A stretch of 64,000 nucleotides of DNA, taken from the NCBI GenBank assembly GCA_030324005.1, contig JARDVH010000124.1, forward strand, positions 22,844,085 to 22,908,084, given 5' to 3'. Below, one piece after another: positions 1 to 14,056 of this stretch (position 1 is the stretch's first letter; every line of letters starts with the position of its first letter). Both the position numbers and the translations under genes were made by a program. A model generated the notes under the pieces. The model was given only the letters and a program-made list of their open reading frames with translations, ran no database searches and was not told where the DNA came from. Source of the DNA: Negaprion brevirostris (taxonomy: Eukaryota).

Positions 1-1105
1 CAAGGGTGCCACAAAACGAGCGAGAGCACACTCGTATGCGAGTCTGCCACAGAACGAGAGAGGGAGATCGCTCGCGCACGAGGGTGCCACAGAACCAGAG
101 AGTGCACAAAGGTGCCATAGAATGAGCGAGAGAAAGCACATGCTCACACGAGGTGCCACAGGATGAGTGAGAGAGCGCGCTCACGCGCGAGGGTGCCACA
201 GAACGAAAGACAGAGAGAGCACTCGCGTACAACAGTGCCACAGAACGAGCGAGAGAGTGCGCTCATGCACGAAGGTGCCACAGAACAAGCGAGAGAGCGC
301 GAGCATTCACGGACAAGGGTGCAACAGAGACAGAGAGAGAGCGCTCACATGCGAGTGTGCCACAGAACAGAGAGCGTGCTCACACGAGGGTGCCAGAGAA
401 CAAGCGAGAGCGAGCGCTCACATGCAAGGATGCCACAGAATGAGTGAGTGCACAAGGGTGCCCCAGAACGAGCAAGAGACCACGCGAGGGTGCCACAGAA
501 CAAGCCGAGAGAGAGGGCACTTGCACACAAGGGGTGCCACAGAATGAGCGAGAGAGAGAGAGACAGAGACAGACAGCACTCACACGCGAGAGTGCCACAG
601 AACGGGCAAGAGAGACCTCACTCGTGCAACAGTGCCACAGAACGAGAGAGTGCGCTCGTGTGCGAGGGTGCCATAGAACAACCAAGACCACGTGAGGGTA
701 CCACAAAACGAGCAAGAGATTGCACTCATGCGCAAGTGTGCCAAGGAACGAGCGAGAGACCACATGAGAAAGAGCAGGTGAAGGTGCCACAGAATGAGAT
801 CGTGCGCTCGTGCGTGAGGGTACCAGAAAAAGAGAACGCGCGTGCTCGGGTGCCACAGAACAAGAGCCCACGTGAGGATGCCACAGAACAAACGAGAGCA
901 TGCTCACATGCCAGGGTGCCATAGGACAAACAAGAGAGCGTGCTCACACGCGAGGGGGCCACAGAACGAGGATTCGTGCACAAAGGTGCTACAGAACAAG
1001 CTTGAGTGCGCGCGAGGGTGCCACAGAACGAGGGGGTGAGTGCACTCATGCGTGAGGGTGCCACAGAACAAATGAGAGCACTGGCACGCGAGGGTGCCAT
1101 GAAAT
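1..1105. repeat. Degenerate GC-rich minisatellite: about 30 copies of core GGGTGCCACAGAAC with variable GA/GC-rich linkers, period about 28-58 bp
   Basis: Core visible at about 5, 82, 191, 273, 488, 532, 848, 1016, 1056 and elsewhere. The ORF track shows repeating RVPQNE / GCHRT / GATE peptides in all frames. Runs off the left edge. Confidence 0.9.
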
Positions 1106-1129
1106 GAGACAAAGCACCTGAGCCAGCAG

Positions 1130-1720
1130 AGTGAGGCACACACAGGTGACACTGACCCAGCGGGAGCAGGGCGCAAGCGTGTGCACCAGGGCACCAGCGG
1201 AAGTGGGGAGCGATCACACACGCCAGGGGGAGCAGGGTGGGAGCACACACAATAGAGTACCAGTGGGGAGCGGGGCACGCATGCACCAAGGGGAGAGAGG
1301 CGCGACACCCGGGTGGGGAGCACACACGCCAGAGCGCCACTGAGCCAGGGGGAGTGGGGAGTGGGGCGTGACACCGGGGAAGTGGGGAGCGGACGCACCA
1401 GGCGCCACTGGGCCAACAGGAGCAGGGTGCAGGGCGTGTGTGCCAGGACACCACCGAGCAAGCACGTGCATGCGAGCCAGAGGGAGAATGTACATATGAA
1501 CCAGAGCAAAAGCACACACGCGAGACAGAGACAGCACACACCAGAGAGAATGCTTGTGTAAGAACGTATGCACGTGCAAGAGTGAGAGAGAAAGACAGCA
1601 TGTGTGTGAACGTATGTAAGTAGTGTGAGAGGGAGTGTGAGAGACTAAGAGTGTGCGAGTGAGATTGTGCAAACGCATGTGAGAGGGAGAGGGAGTGAGA
1701 AAGAGTAAGATTGTGTCTGA
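1130..1720. repeat. G-rich degenerate repeat (GTGGGGAGC units) grading into (GA)/(GT) low-complexity sequence
   Basis: Repeated gtggggag at about 1203, 1263, 1313, 1354 and 1382, followed by gagagag/gtgtg runs to about 1720. Confidence 0.75.
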
Positions 1721-2200
1721 TCATGTTAACAAGAATGTGAATGTTGGATATGAGAATTCAGCTCTCCTAAAATTTGACAGCGGAAAAGACAGCATCACGC
1801 TTCCCATTTAAAACAAAAATCACAAAAATTTAAGACTTAAATACTTTAATGGAAACAGGTTGAACTAAGCAATCAGATATTCGGAACAATATGCTTCAAC
1901 AACTTTGTACTCCAATTTTAAAATTCCAAAAACAAATATAAAATGCAAAGCACACAAGTTCCATGCAATCCATAGTGAAAATGATACTAACAAACGTAAC
2001 AAAGTGCACCAGCTCAAAACAAACTTCTGAACTAAACCATTTAATTAGCTTTCCAAATTTTGTCTCAGGGGATTTGGGGCTGGTAGGAGGAGCTTACCTG
2101 ACAACAGGCAAGGGGCAAATTTTAAGATGGGAATTCGTTAAGGTGGAGATTGAGCAGAAGTGTAAGTAACGTGACTGCAGCAACCAAACTTTGGATTTAG

Positions 2201-2385
2201 ACCATAAGACATAGGAGCAGAATTAGGCCACTTGGTCCATCGAGTCTGCTCTGTCATTCAATCATGGCTGATATTTTTCTCATCCGCAGTCTTCTGCCTT
2301 TTCCCCATAACCCCTGATCCCCTTATTCATCTGGAACCTATCTATCTCTATCTTAAAGAAACTCAATGACCTGGCTGCCACAGAT
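2201..2385 (-). mobile_element. CR1/HER1-type LINE 3' end fragment
   Basis: cataagacataggagcagaattaggccacttggtccatcgag... resembles the reverse complement of the CR1-type 3' tail. Related tails are seen at 31328-31400 and 54430. Confidence 0.75.
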
Positions 2386-3677
2386 TCGAGGATTCTACTT
2401 CCTGCACTCTTATCAGCACCTACATTTCTGACATGTGCACAGAAAAGACACTCTGTTCTAGAAAATCAAATACTACGAAGCCTATAATTTGTATCTTAGT
2501 TTATGTGTTATTATATGGTGGATCAGTTGAGTAGATTGCCCGTTGAACTCATATAAATTCATTCAGATTCACCATGCATTGTGAGCACTAAAATTATCTA
2601 TTCAATGTTAGAAAATGTTATAGATAATTAGGTTCACAAATACAATTCCACCCTTATTACTTCATGTTATTTTAATCCAACATTTTCCCCATCTCTTCCT
2701 CTTCCCCATTCCAGACTCCGGTAGTTAACCTGCTCTACATTCCCTGATGACAGACTTCAATCAGCAAAAAGAGGTTGTCCTCAGATTTCAAGTCGCAGTG
2801 CCAAGTGGTTTGCATCAATTTGTCCCTCCCTCGATTGGGTGGAGTGAGGGACCACAAGAAATAATTCACAAGCCAACTGCCGATCACAGTGTTTTAAAAA
2901 AAACATCCAGGATGAATGCTATGAAAAAGAGCTATAAAGGCACAATACATTAATTTGGCCATAATTGGTGCAATGGTCAATGCCCACAGGAAAAACTATG
3001 CAATTTGAATGGCGATTTCTGGAAAACATTTCTGTGGGAAAGCTTTATTTTTATTTGGAGCTGAGTAAGCAGTTCAGACTCTCAAAGCATGGCATTGATT
3101 TTATTTTTTAAACATTTCTTGCCAGGATTCTAAGCATTTCATTTTTCACAAGTAATTAAATTAATTTAAATATAGATATAAGTATAATTTAAATATAGAT
3201 ATAAAAATGGGCCTTTAAATCTTATGCATAATTTAAAAAGAATTCAAAGAATAGGTGCAAATACCATCAGCTAGTACCCAAATGAAAACTGTGCACATGT
3301 GAAGCCTGGCCGATAGCACTCTCCCATTTACAAATCAACTGACTATGGAGGCAGCAGGAACGATACCTGGCGCGAACTGATGTTTGAAAAAGTTCACCTT
3401 TCCATCAGAAAGTCATTCATTGCTGGCAACATGACACATGGAACATTCTGGTATGGAATGTACAACATTCAAATTCAATTACACTGTTGACATGTATTAC
3501 TGTAAATACATAGAAGACAAATAACAATCAATGTCATTTCGTTTGGGTGCAGACATGGATCTCCCCTAATGCCTTCTGAGTAAAGGAAAATTCAGAACAT
3601 TTGCATCTGAATTGTACTCTGATCCCAGAAGTGTGCAGCATTATCAGTGAAGTGTTTCTTGTTCCCCCTTTACCTAC

Positions 3678-3810
3678 CTGTTTTGGGGTCCACATCTGCT
3701 GGTAAGTGTGGTGGAGGGTTACCTGGTGTGAAGTGTTCATTGCTGTATGTTATCAGTGGCGTTAACGGGTGGACGTGATGGGGATGTTGCACAACGGGTA
3801 CTTTGTTAGA
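3678..3810 (-). CDS. TCF7L2: TCF7L2 internal coding exon (133 nt, phase 0 in, phase 1 out): [44 protein letters not shown](G)
   Basis: Manual minus-strand translation matches the human TCF7L2 peptide as recalled. TCF7L1 (HHMHPL..NDHFSPGSPPTHL) and LEF1 (QPSHAVHPL) differ. Acceptor ctcctttcctgtctttcttttggcag with CTAAC branch point at 3844-3840. Donor CAG|gtaggt at 3678/3677. Confidence 0.97.
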
Positions 3811-6800
3811 CTGCCAAAAGAAAGACAGGAAAGGAGTGAGTTAGACAACAGCAACCAATCGATGAACCATAACTTAAGACAAATGGCATCGTGTTGAAGG
3901 GGGCCTCCAACAGGGGACACTTGAACATATTAAGTGTTGTCAAAAATCAGAGGTGTGCATTAGATGATGAATGGTTCCCAGTCAGATTTTATTTTGATAT
4001 ATGTCATCTCTCTTCTGCTATCAATTTAAAAGAATTGTAACAAAAGAGAGTGATTTGAATCACTCTGCACTAAAGCAACCATATCTGTTACAATTTATCA
4101 ATCAGGTTTTTGTTACTTAGCAAATATCCACATTTCATCAAGTCAACACCCAAAAGAAAACTCCATTAGAAATGAACCATCTCACAGTTGTCCAAAAAAC
4201 TCATCCAAGGGAAGAGAAATGGTGAAAAATACAAAACTCTTTGGGTTGTAACAAAAAACAGCTGTCATCACCTTAGGGGCTTTGCTTTTACCTGGTAATA
4301 TTTTAGCTCAGTTTATGAATTTTCAGGAACAGAAATATTATCTAAGTCTTTTGTCCATTTTATTGACTCCAGTTGAACTTGCCCACGAAACTCTGTAACC
4401 ATTATAACCCAAAAGACCAATCACAAGGGCAAGGAACAATTTTTATAAAAGCCTATTTTGATTAACATCAACATAAAATAACCACAGTAACCAAAGATAC
4501 TTGGGTCATTGTGCAACAATAAGCCTTTACAATAAATTAGATCCAACACACTATTTGTTTATGGGGATGTGGGTTGACAAAGCCAGCATTCAGTTCCTAT
4601 CCCCAAATTATCGTATTGTGAATTTAAATATAGATATAAAAATGGGCCTTTAACCACGAGTTTGAGGAAATATTTTCACGTCTTGAGAATACTTTTTTAA
4701 AAAAAAACTATGTCATCTGCTTTATTCAACTAGTATCATATATGTGCACAAAGGAAAGTGAGTACATGATTTAAATTCAGTCTTCGTTAACTAGCTGAGG
4801 TAAAAAACAGTAAACCAGATGGAAGATTCATACGGAAGTAAAAACCTGATAACATCCAATCTCAACTCATTCTGATTTTTTATTGTGCCCTATCACCCAT
4901 CTCTTATGTGGACCCACCAGTGACATCTAGCAACAGTAGATCAGTACTGCATTTTTCTCCTAAAATTAAAAAAAGTTTATCCAAAAAAGTAACAGAGAAT
5001 ATTTTTGAACTTACGAAACCATAATGGTATTAAGTTTCTTCTGGTTCAATTTTGCGCAAAGTGTGCAAAAGCTACATTTTGCAGTTACTCACAGGAATGT
5101 GCACATTTTTGAAAAATCACAATTGACGTGCAGGGTTCACAGGGTTAATACCGTTACTACTTAGGCTTTTGGTATCACTGTAAACCAAAAGGCAGTCATA
5201 AACAAGCAGGAGAACCTTTAAGAAAAACAGATCTGCTTCTCATCGAAGCAAATGAGAAGTAAAACCTTGAACTTTAGCACAAAGATTTCATCATGATGCT
5301 ACAGGGCCTTTTCAGCTGTGGAGTCTGCAGCTGCTTGCACTTTGCGTGAAGGCTCTGTCTACTGGCATCATAAGTCTCCTGCAAGTTTATGCTTCATAAA
5401 GAATTTGCTGTAGAATCCTGAGAGCAAACAGCAGGAGGCTACAGCTAGTTATTTACTGTCTACAGTCTCTCCTGTTTCTAATTGGCGCCTGCTACTGTCG
5501 TAATGAGTTTATATGAGGCATGGACAATATAGAATAGATCATGATTCAGTTTATTCCCCTTCATAAATGATTTGAAAGTCCCATCCCATCATCAACAACA
5601 AACTAATTTCAATTGTAATGAAACATTTATTAACAAGAAAAAACAATTAGGGCCCAATGTAATCTGACTTCCATCTGTCTTATTTTAGAGATTTCTTTGA
5701 TCCTGCACTGCATTCCCTTCAAAATCTATTTATTTGGTTAATATTTCAACCAGGTTAGTGAAGAAGAGCATTAATTTAACATGCATTAACACACAGGAAA
5801 ACAGTAGTTAGAATATTACCTCCTTTGCAAAGAACACAGATCTGATACAGCCGCAAGAACATTTCCAAAGGAAGTATGCACAGAGCCGTTCAGCTCTCTC
5901 AGTTGTATCTGGACTTGACCTACTGCAACCTTTGAACTACCCCCTCGCTGATTAATCAGGAACTGATCCAACTCTCTGTTTAATACCTTGCCAAGGTTTA
6001 AGATTAACTTCAACTCTTGCCCCATTTTGAGCATGTAAATAACAGGCCTAGTTACACGTTTTGCGTAAAATAGTTCTCCACATCCACCTCAATCACTTGC
6101 ACTATTTCAAGTGCTTGCATATTATTTTGTTCCAGCCTTCTATTCTGATAGAAATTAAGCTTTAACTGCCATTCATGGCAATGTGGGCTTAAAAATGAAA
6201 TCATACAATATTTTCCACCACACCCTTTTTTTTGTTGATCCACAGTGCTCAGACCTGTACACAACAGCAGTTGCTCTTTCTCCATTGGCTGCAAGGGGCC
6301 AGATGAGTTGTGCAAGTCTCAATCCAATTTTGTTAGGCACAATTCTAAGGCACCAAACTACCCAAATGTGGCACTAAATAATCAGTTTTATTCAGAAAAG
6401 CCAGAAGAGTACTTGCAAGTGGGTAACTTTGCTAATTTTGGATTTTTGAGGCTTTCCAGGATATGGTCAATGCTTTGTCTGGACTGAGATCATTTGATAA
6501 AAGGGGCTCAAATATCATCCAAAAGAGGAACACAATATTCACCAAAAATGTAAATTAAATTACTTTCTGGATGAATAGTTGAAAACTAACATAATAAAAC
6601 AGTAAAAACAGCAACTAACTCATTTTCAGATAATTAGTAGAAAGAGAGAAGAAAAAACTGAGAAACACAAGGGCGGGGGGAGTGGGAGAGGGAGGGTAGA
6701 AAATAAAAAAAGAACAAAAGGAACACTTCTCGCTCCACAAAAAAATGTATTTGCATGGGTTCATGCAAACAAACTAAATCAATATTGTTCACTGAGAGAC

Positions 6801-9800
6801 AGCTTAATGCACAAAACATGGCGGACCTGTAATTTACATTTCATCCAAATTTATTTTGCATCATGCGACACTGCAGTCCAGTTTGTCCAGTGTTCCCAAA
6901 TTGACCGAACTCAGATACCCTAAAAAACTCATTAGGGTAATAAAGCAAATCAGGTGCTACAAAAAATCTGTACAGCATACCGAATATCATAATATAAAAA
7001 GTAGTTACCATCCATAAGACAATGCAACTCTTCAGATTAAATCAGAGGTTAAGCATGAAAAATGGCAATAAAAAGGACCGAGAAAATAAAAGTTGCTTGA
7101 TCATAAATACCACAAAGTGGGGGAATAAATTAGGCCTTGCCCAAATTCTATATATTCATTTTAAAAATCACAAGTCAGTGTTAGTGTATTTCAAGAAAGT
7201 GCATTTATCAGATAACTATCATCTATTAAGTCAAGACAGTAATGGAGGAAGACTTTATTCAACTCAGGAACTTCTCATTTGCCAATCTGGTGGCTGTTTA
7301 TTTTGTTTTAATGTACGTGATGTATTTAATTCATAAAAATATAAGAAGAATTTCCAAGTAGTAGATCTGATTTCCTTTTTTTAAAAAAACTATCACATCT
7401 GATTTTCAAGCCAAGCGAAAATGTTGAAGAACAGGTCTATGGGGCAACTCTTCAATGTCAATGATTAGCATGGATTTCAAACCAAATCTGACTTCCAACA
7501 ACATGCAAAGGGGAAAAATACTCTTTAGGCTGAAAGAGCCTAAAATATGCACAGTCCAAATGACCAAGATTCAGCACTTAGTAACTGCAGTGATGTTAAT
7601 TGAGCTCTCAGGCACAATTTCTTAACCTGGTGATCGGTATCTACATTCAAGTACTAACGAGCATGGAACGTTCACACCCTAAATCGCACATCAGCAACTG
7701 AATTCAGTTAAAAACTATGCAGTCCACTTTTGTTCTGAACTAAAAGAAACTTATGTAAATAGGTANNNNNNNNNNNNNNNNNNCAAAAAGTGTAATTATC
7801 GTGTACAAATACAAGTTGTTCTTGTGGGAATACTCCCCAATTCCTGAAGTTTTCCATTGTTCCTTGAGGGAATGATGAATGCATTTGACTTAACTGCTTA
7901 CGCACTTAAGATTTTTAAAAAAGCATCAATAAGATATATCAGCTTCATACATAGTTCATTTGTTCATCATTGTTATTATGAGTTCTTTCTAATACAACAT
8001 ACTTGTAAAGTGGAGAATAGAGAGAAATAATCGTATGCTAGTTTATTTCATTAAGGGTGAGTAATTATTTCCAGAATAGGTGAGGGAGTGTGGGGTGGGT
8101 ATTATTTTAAAACAAAATGCCTCTTAGAACATATTTAGCAGTTTTTAAACTTGTGGCGAACGCAGTGATTTTTCATTAACTTCACCTGTTAAAAATATGC
8201 ATTACAAAAGAGATGTATGATAAAAATCAGATATAAAACTACAATCACTTATAGACAGAACCATACTGCCGCGTTATCAATGAACGTGACTTCTACTGGG
8301 GATTAGGGATCACCTTCTGTGATGCTGTCCGTTCCTCCTGTGAAAACCACAAACCTGTGGCCTTGTATGCATCACACACCTGCACGGGTTGCAAGTATAA
8401 AATGCATGACTTTGTGCCAGATTTTATAGCCCTGTTCTCCAATAACCAGCAACAACCCCCACACCCCCCCTCCAAAAAAACACCTTCCCAATTGGCAATC
8501 TTAAGCATTTTTATCCCTCTGGTAGAATTTTCATCCTTAATTACAGTAGCCATCAGTGGGAAATTATATCAAATAATCTTGTCACTTTGCTCTTTTTAAA
8601 AGTGTGTTATTTGGGATTACATGAAGGAAAGAGGATGTTAGAATATGAAGCTGCTTCCGAGGGAGGANNNNNNNNNNNNNNNNNNNNNNNNNNNNNNNNN
8701 NNNNNNNNNNNNNNNNNNNNNNNGGCTGTGAAGGGAAACCCCTCCTCTTGGATCATTGCACAACACTTTACTCAGGAAACTCTAGAATCAACCTCTGACC
8801 TTTCAAGTGTACTTAAGCATCACATTCCAAATAAGCTGCAGTGGGAGATATTTCACTAGGGTGGACCCTACACAGTATTCACAATCAGGAATGTGGCAGT
8901 CAAAGATTGATTGAACACTCATACTCCCTCCCCGCATTTTTAAAAAAAAATGGTAACCCGAGAGAAATGAAAGCTTGCCGTTCACCTCTGATGTCATTAA
9001 TCAAGAGGCAGGCAAAACAAACTGGAGCGGCTGTGACCGTCTTTCTAGCCAGTCCCTTCTACTGAATGCACCCCTATTGCGTTCACTGCAGTTCTGTGCA
9101 GCTGAAGAAAGATTGGGTCTGAAAAGTGCATTTGTGCTCAAAGTACAATAAAACAAAAGCAGCTACACAAGGGGGCTTGTCAGGCTGCCTTCCCGAGGCT
9201 AATTCTGGCAAGTCCAATGCTTTGCTTAAATTACTAGCCCTGAGCTTGGCTGTACCCAGACATGGCTTACTGTTCCAAAGTTACTAATCTTAATGGTCTG
9301 CAACACTACATTCTCTCATACTGAAAGTCTGCTCTCTATTAACTCCCTAATTGCTGGTCAATTATGCCCAACTGCATTTTTTCTTAAAAAAAGAAGAGTT
9401 TTTTTAAAAATAAAAGAGCTATTGACAGTTAAATTTTGCAACTCTCCCCACAATGATAACTTTCCATTAACAGAAGTTGATGGATTTCCTAAAGGACAAA
9501 ATTTAAATACATACTTTCATTCAACTTTTCCTTCACATTCTCACCCACCGAAAAGAAACCCTTCACACCTGAGTAAGCATTTTCTTTCAAATCTACTTTT
9601 CCTATTCTTATTTATACAGTGGTCTGCGCCCTTTTCACAGTATTATACAGCTCATTTCTGGCCAAGGTCTTGCCCTTTTGTTAACTGGCCATTGTTCCCA
9701 GGGACAAGGCCTTCATTGACTAGTAAAACTCTCCTGTTCAGAAAGAGGCTCCTCTTCTCCTCCAACAAACGATGACAGGACCACTGACACGACAGCATAC

Positions 9801-11350
9801 AAGACAAAACTGCATGACCAGGCAGTACAAAACCTCTTCAGAATGCTCTCACATATTTCCACGCTGTTCCAGCTGTCAAGAAAGAAAGACCACTTTCTGG
9901 CCACCCAATTGTTACAATTGTATGAGGCAAACCAAACTAAAATCCAGCTTTGGGGCCTACTATCCTCTTAAATCATTTGGCAGAGGACTACAGTTATTAA
10001 ATGCATTTCTTATGTTAAACTATTAAGTACTCAGCTATATTAGTCCTTAGCATATTTTGGGGAGCAGGAAGATTTTAATGTACTTCAGTGAAACAGTCAC
10101 CTCTCTGTTAGGGCGGCATTCTCAAGAACTTTCCTACCTAATGACTACCTTAGTGGCGCTCGGGTTTCAAAAGACAAATTCACAAGTATGTCAGACTATG
10201 TATTCAAGAGCAAACCAAGCTCACTTCTTCAACATACTACTTTCCCTATATGTAAATAACTAAAAGTAGGCACTTGTAAAAAATTCCACAGTGAAAAAAC
10301 ATTGAAACTTCAATTTGGAAGATTTTCTCAATCGCCATTTTCTGAACCTCATAGCAAAGCTAATGTAGAGCAGAAAAAACAAACTGGTGTTTTTTTTAGA
10401 AGGGGGGGGTGGTAGTGTGAACAGGGGCTTGATGAGCCCACACTGAAATGTGTAGTCAGGACACTCATGTCTTGTAAAGGGATAATTAAAGCTGCTAGAT
10501 AAACATCGAGAACAGAAGACCACAAATGAAGCAGAAAAGATAGATTAACATGATATCACTGCATGTTATAGTACATTAAATACCGCTCAATAATATTCGA
10601 GTTAACTCAAATGGAGGGTGCATTCCATTGCAACTGCAGTGGCTTACTGAAAGGAGCCCTTTATTCCAACTGCTTTAGTAATTCCACCCGCTTTAGACAT
10701 ACACTGGCCATCTATAAGTCTTGAAGCCATAGGAAAAAAAGCATTTGAGATTGACATTTGGGAGGTTCGAGGATAACCCATTAGTGTAATTTACACAATA
10801 TCAGAAGTTTTGGCTATTACAGGGTGTTAAAATGAATGGTTAGTCCATATCATTCTTTTTCAGAACATATTTGATATTTGCCCTTACTAACCTAATAAAT
10901 ATTCGTCAGTGACAAAACTTTTGCAGTTATCTGCCCAAGTTAGCTATTGAGTAATCCAATCATTTGAATTTAATATTTAATTTCTTTTAGTAAGCTTTAG
11001 ATAAATCTTGCAGTTCAGTTCATACATTTTGAGTGAATATGGACACTGATCTCAATACTCATGTAATTTTATCAATTGTGCATTCATTTAAATGATTCTT
11101 ATTTCTGATAAGATTGAGACTGAAGGCAGAAAGGTCCAGCATTACAAAGCAGTTACCCTTTCTTACAATGCACGTATGCTTATTGAGAGGAACCTTGAGC
11201 ATCACTCCTTTCAATGAAAAAAAAATCAATTTGCACTTACAGCAGTTCAGCCTAATGTATAAAAGAGTTTCACAGAGTCCACAGTACAATGACTGAACTC
11301 TGTGTAGGATGTGTGTGCCAGACTGGACAAGTAGTACAAGGAAAGTTAAC

Positions 11351-11370
11351 TGACAGGCAATGATCGATTG
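11351..11370 (+). promoter_or_regulatory. Composite MEIS (TGACAG) plus PBX-HOX (TGATCGATTG) motif in a putative conserved non-coding element
   Basis: Sequence tgacaggcaatgatcgattg: TGACAG at 11351-11356 and TGATNNATKR at 11361-11370. Function is inferred. Confidence 0.45.
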
Positions 11371-14056
11371 GTGTTTCAGGTTGACAAATTCCAGCAGTAC
11401 AAGACATCTGCCAAGCATGTGACCTGATAAATAGCAGCACTGAGGCTCAAATCCAAGTATTCATTTCAGTATAAAACAGAAGTCAGTCGTGTGCGAGCAA
11501 GAAAAACTGAGGGGGAAAAAAGACAATGGGACAATTTTATAAATGTACACTAAAAGTTTACCTTTTTTTGTAATGATTACATTCGCATGGCCTTCAAAAC
11601 ATATGAAAATTGACGACAGTACCTTTGTGGCTATCATTCTGCCTACAGCTCCTCTCAGTAACATTAACGTAGCTTCAATCAGTGAAATTACCATATTAAG
11701 TGATTAAGCAACAAAATATAGTAGAGGCCTCTTAATGGGAACACCCGCATGGAGAGCAAAATGTTTCCTTTATCCAATTACTACTAAACAAATATAAAAA
11801 TCTTGAGTGGCAATCAAGTGCATATTGGAGGTGTCAAAAACTGAAGTCATTAATTGATCTTTAATAGCAGATTTGCAATATAGGGAAGACGTGGAACTAT
11901 TTCAGTGTTTGTTAGAATTGCATTCATCCGACACAATTAAAAAGCAGCCTGATCAATTTCCATCGCAAATGGTCCTAAGCACTTCCTTAAGCAGATTTAT
12001 CTACTACTTCTGTTTATCTCTCCAGATTCAATCATGTTGCAGCTTTGCAACATCAGGCCAAAATGTTCACCACAAACCATCAGTTTTGTCATTAGGGTAC
12101 ATTAAGATTTAAAAACCAGTCATGAAGTGAATGCACCCTCTCAATTAATAAATAATTTGACTGTATCAGGTGTAGTCTACCAGGCTTAAAAAACAAAAAT
12201 AAAACCTAAACATGTGTGGGTATTTTAAAATGCGAGGGCAAGGGGGTGGGAGGAGTAAGGGTGCACGGGTGGGACAAATCAAAATATAGCAAGAAAGAGA
12301 CCTAACAAAGGTAGATTCAATTTTATAAAATGATAGATACTATACTTAATGTGTTTAGAAAATTTAACTCATGTCCACAATGATGCAACTTCATACCACT
12401 TCAAAAAATTGTGCTTTTTTAAATACCATTAAAATATAATATGCAATTTGAAACTTTCGGACATTATTACTTCAACATCAACAAGTTCTATAAAGAGTTA
12501 TTGCACATCATGCTTAATGCTTTAACCAATTCACACAGGAATGCTAACGGTTTGCTGTTAAAAAAATGTCCCACAGGACACTCGACACGTTTGCGTATTT
12601 GTTATTCAAATACCAGCAAATACCAAGTATGAAATGACAGTGAAGTACAACAGTGATATAAAAATGTTTAGTTGCTTAATTATAATGGAGGAGGGGAAAT
12701 CACAGGGAATGGTTATCAATAAAATAATAAAATATCAGCTTTAAAATGTTCGTTTTATTTGTTCTGGTGGTATGTTCAGAACATCTGGCACTAATTTTGT
12801 TCATAGCAGGGAAAAGACAGCCCCACAGCAGTGGAATACATATACAAATGAAAACCTCAACCTATATACATATTTAAGAAAAACATCAGGATTTGTTTTT
12901 AAATCCAATCAGAACGCATAATATTAGACCAAATCGTCATTTGGGTACATTCTAAAATATCATTGAATGGAAGGCTTTTGTTACACCACCCCACAGTGTA
13001 CAAAAACATGCCAAAACCTCAAAAGTGAGGTTTTCCTGCAAACTCAAAAAGACTGTTCAGAAATGCTCCACATTCTCCTTTATAAGCATTTAAGAAAATC
13101 TTTCGCTCCCTCGCAAAAATCTAAATGAAAATGAGCACATTCGAGAACACCAAACTTGCTGTCTACAAGATTCTACAATTACCTGTTATATCTGAAGTGC
13201 GCCACGCTTCTAATAATTTATTTAAGCCATTTTTTTTTTTAAAACATACACTTCAAATAAGTTAACCTTCAATATAGCAAATCATTGCGTGCAATCTGGT
13301 CAGCAATAACGGATAATGTATTTAAGGTTTTAAAGAGAAAGAATATAGGGCAGGGAGTAAATTATTCTATAGTGTTAGCAATACTTCTTTTGAATACGTA
13401 AAGCATTTTGGTTGAAGATGATAAATTAAAACACTGCTTTTTAGGATTCAACGGAAGATAATGTAACAGTTAGTTAAGAAAAAACACAACCTTTTCTCTA
13501 CTACGTCCTTCAAAATGACATGCATTGATTTTTATTTAGAAAGTCTCTGTTATATATTTGGTTTTGTACATCACTTGCACACTGTTGCTTTCGAAATAGC
13601 TTCGACAATTGAGCCACGGAAGCAACTCTACCTCCAGACATTTGAGTATATTTCACTTAAATTTTGAAAGTTAAATTTAACTAAATGAAAGCATGACAGT
13701 GGAATGTCGGAATTAATCAGGTACAGTGCTAATATGTAAATTCTGCACTGAAATCTGAGTGCAGAATATCCCATAGTAAGCAGCTATCGAGAAAAATAAA
13801 TCAGTATTGAGCTGGTTAAATCAACTTTTTTGAAGAAATCCCAATGTCATGCTGCCTGCAATTGGATTTTCCTTTTTTGTTTCTTCTTCACAGACAGATT
13901 CTTCTGAAAGCAGCAACACAAAGGTCACAGTTTCAAGTATTGGATAGAAGGTCGCTTGCCTTAACTGACCACCTCTTAACCACAGTAACTGGCCTTATCT
14001 GAAGCCCATCGAGTGAAATAAAACACAAACGTGCACTGTAGCATATGGTAACTTAC

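Noticed and set aside
1-1105. CRISPR-like repeat-spacer array
   Set aside because: Eukaryotic intron, core only 14 bp and degenerate, linkers related to each other and of variable length, no cas genes.
163-1724. Long ORFs (up to 332 aa) on both strands
   Set aside because: Translations of the minisatellite and low-complexity sequence, open in many frames at once.
3534-3740. 68-aa minus [12 protein letters not shown]...
   Set aside because: Wrong-frame reading across the TCF7L2 exon and its donor.
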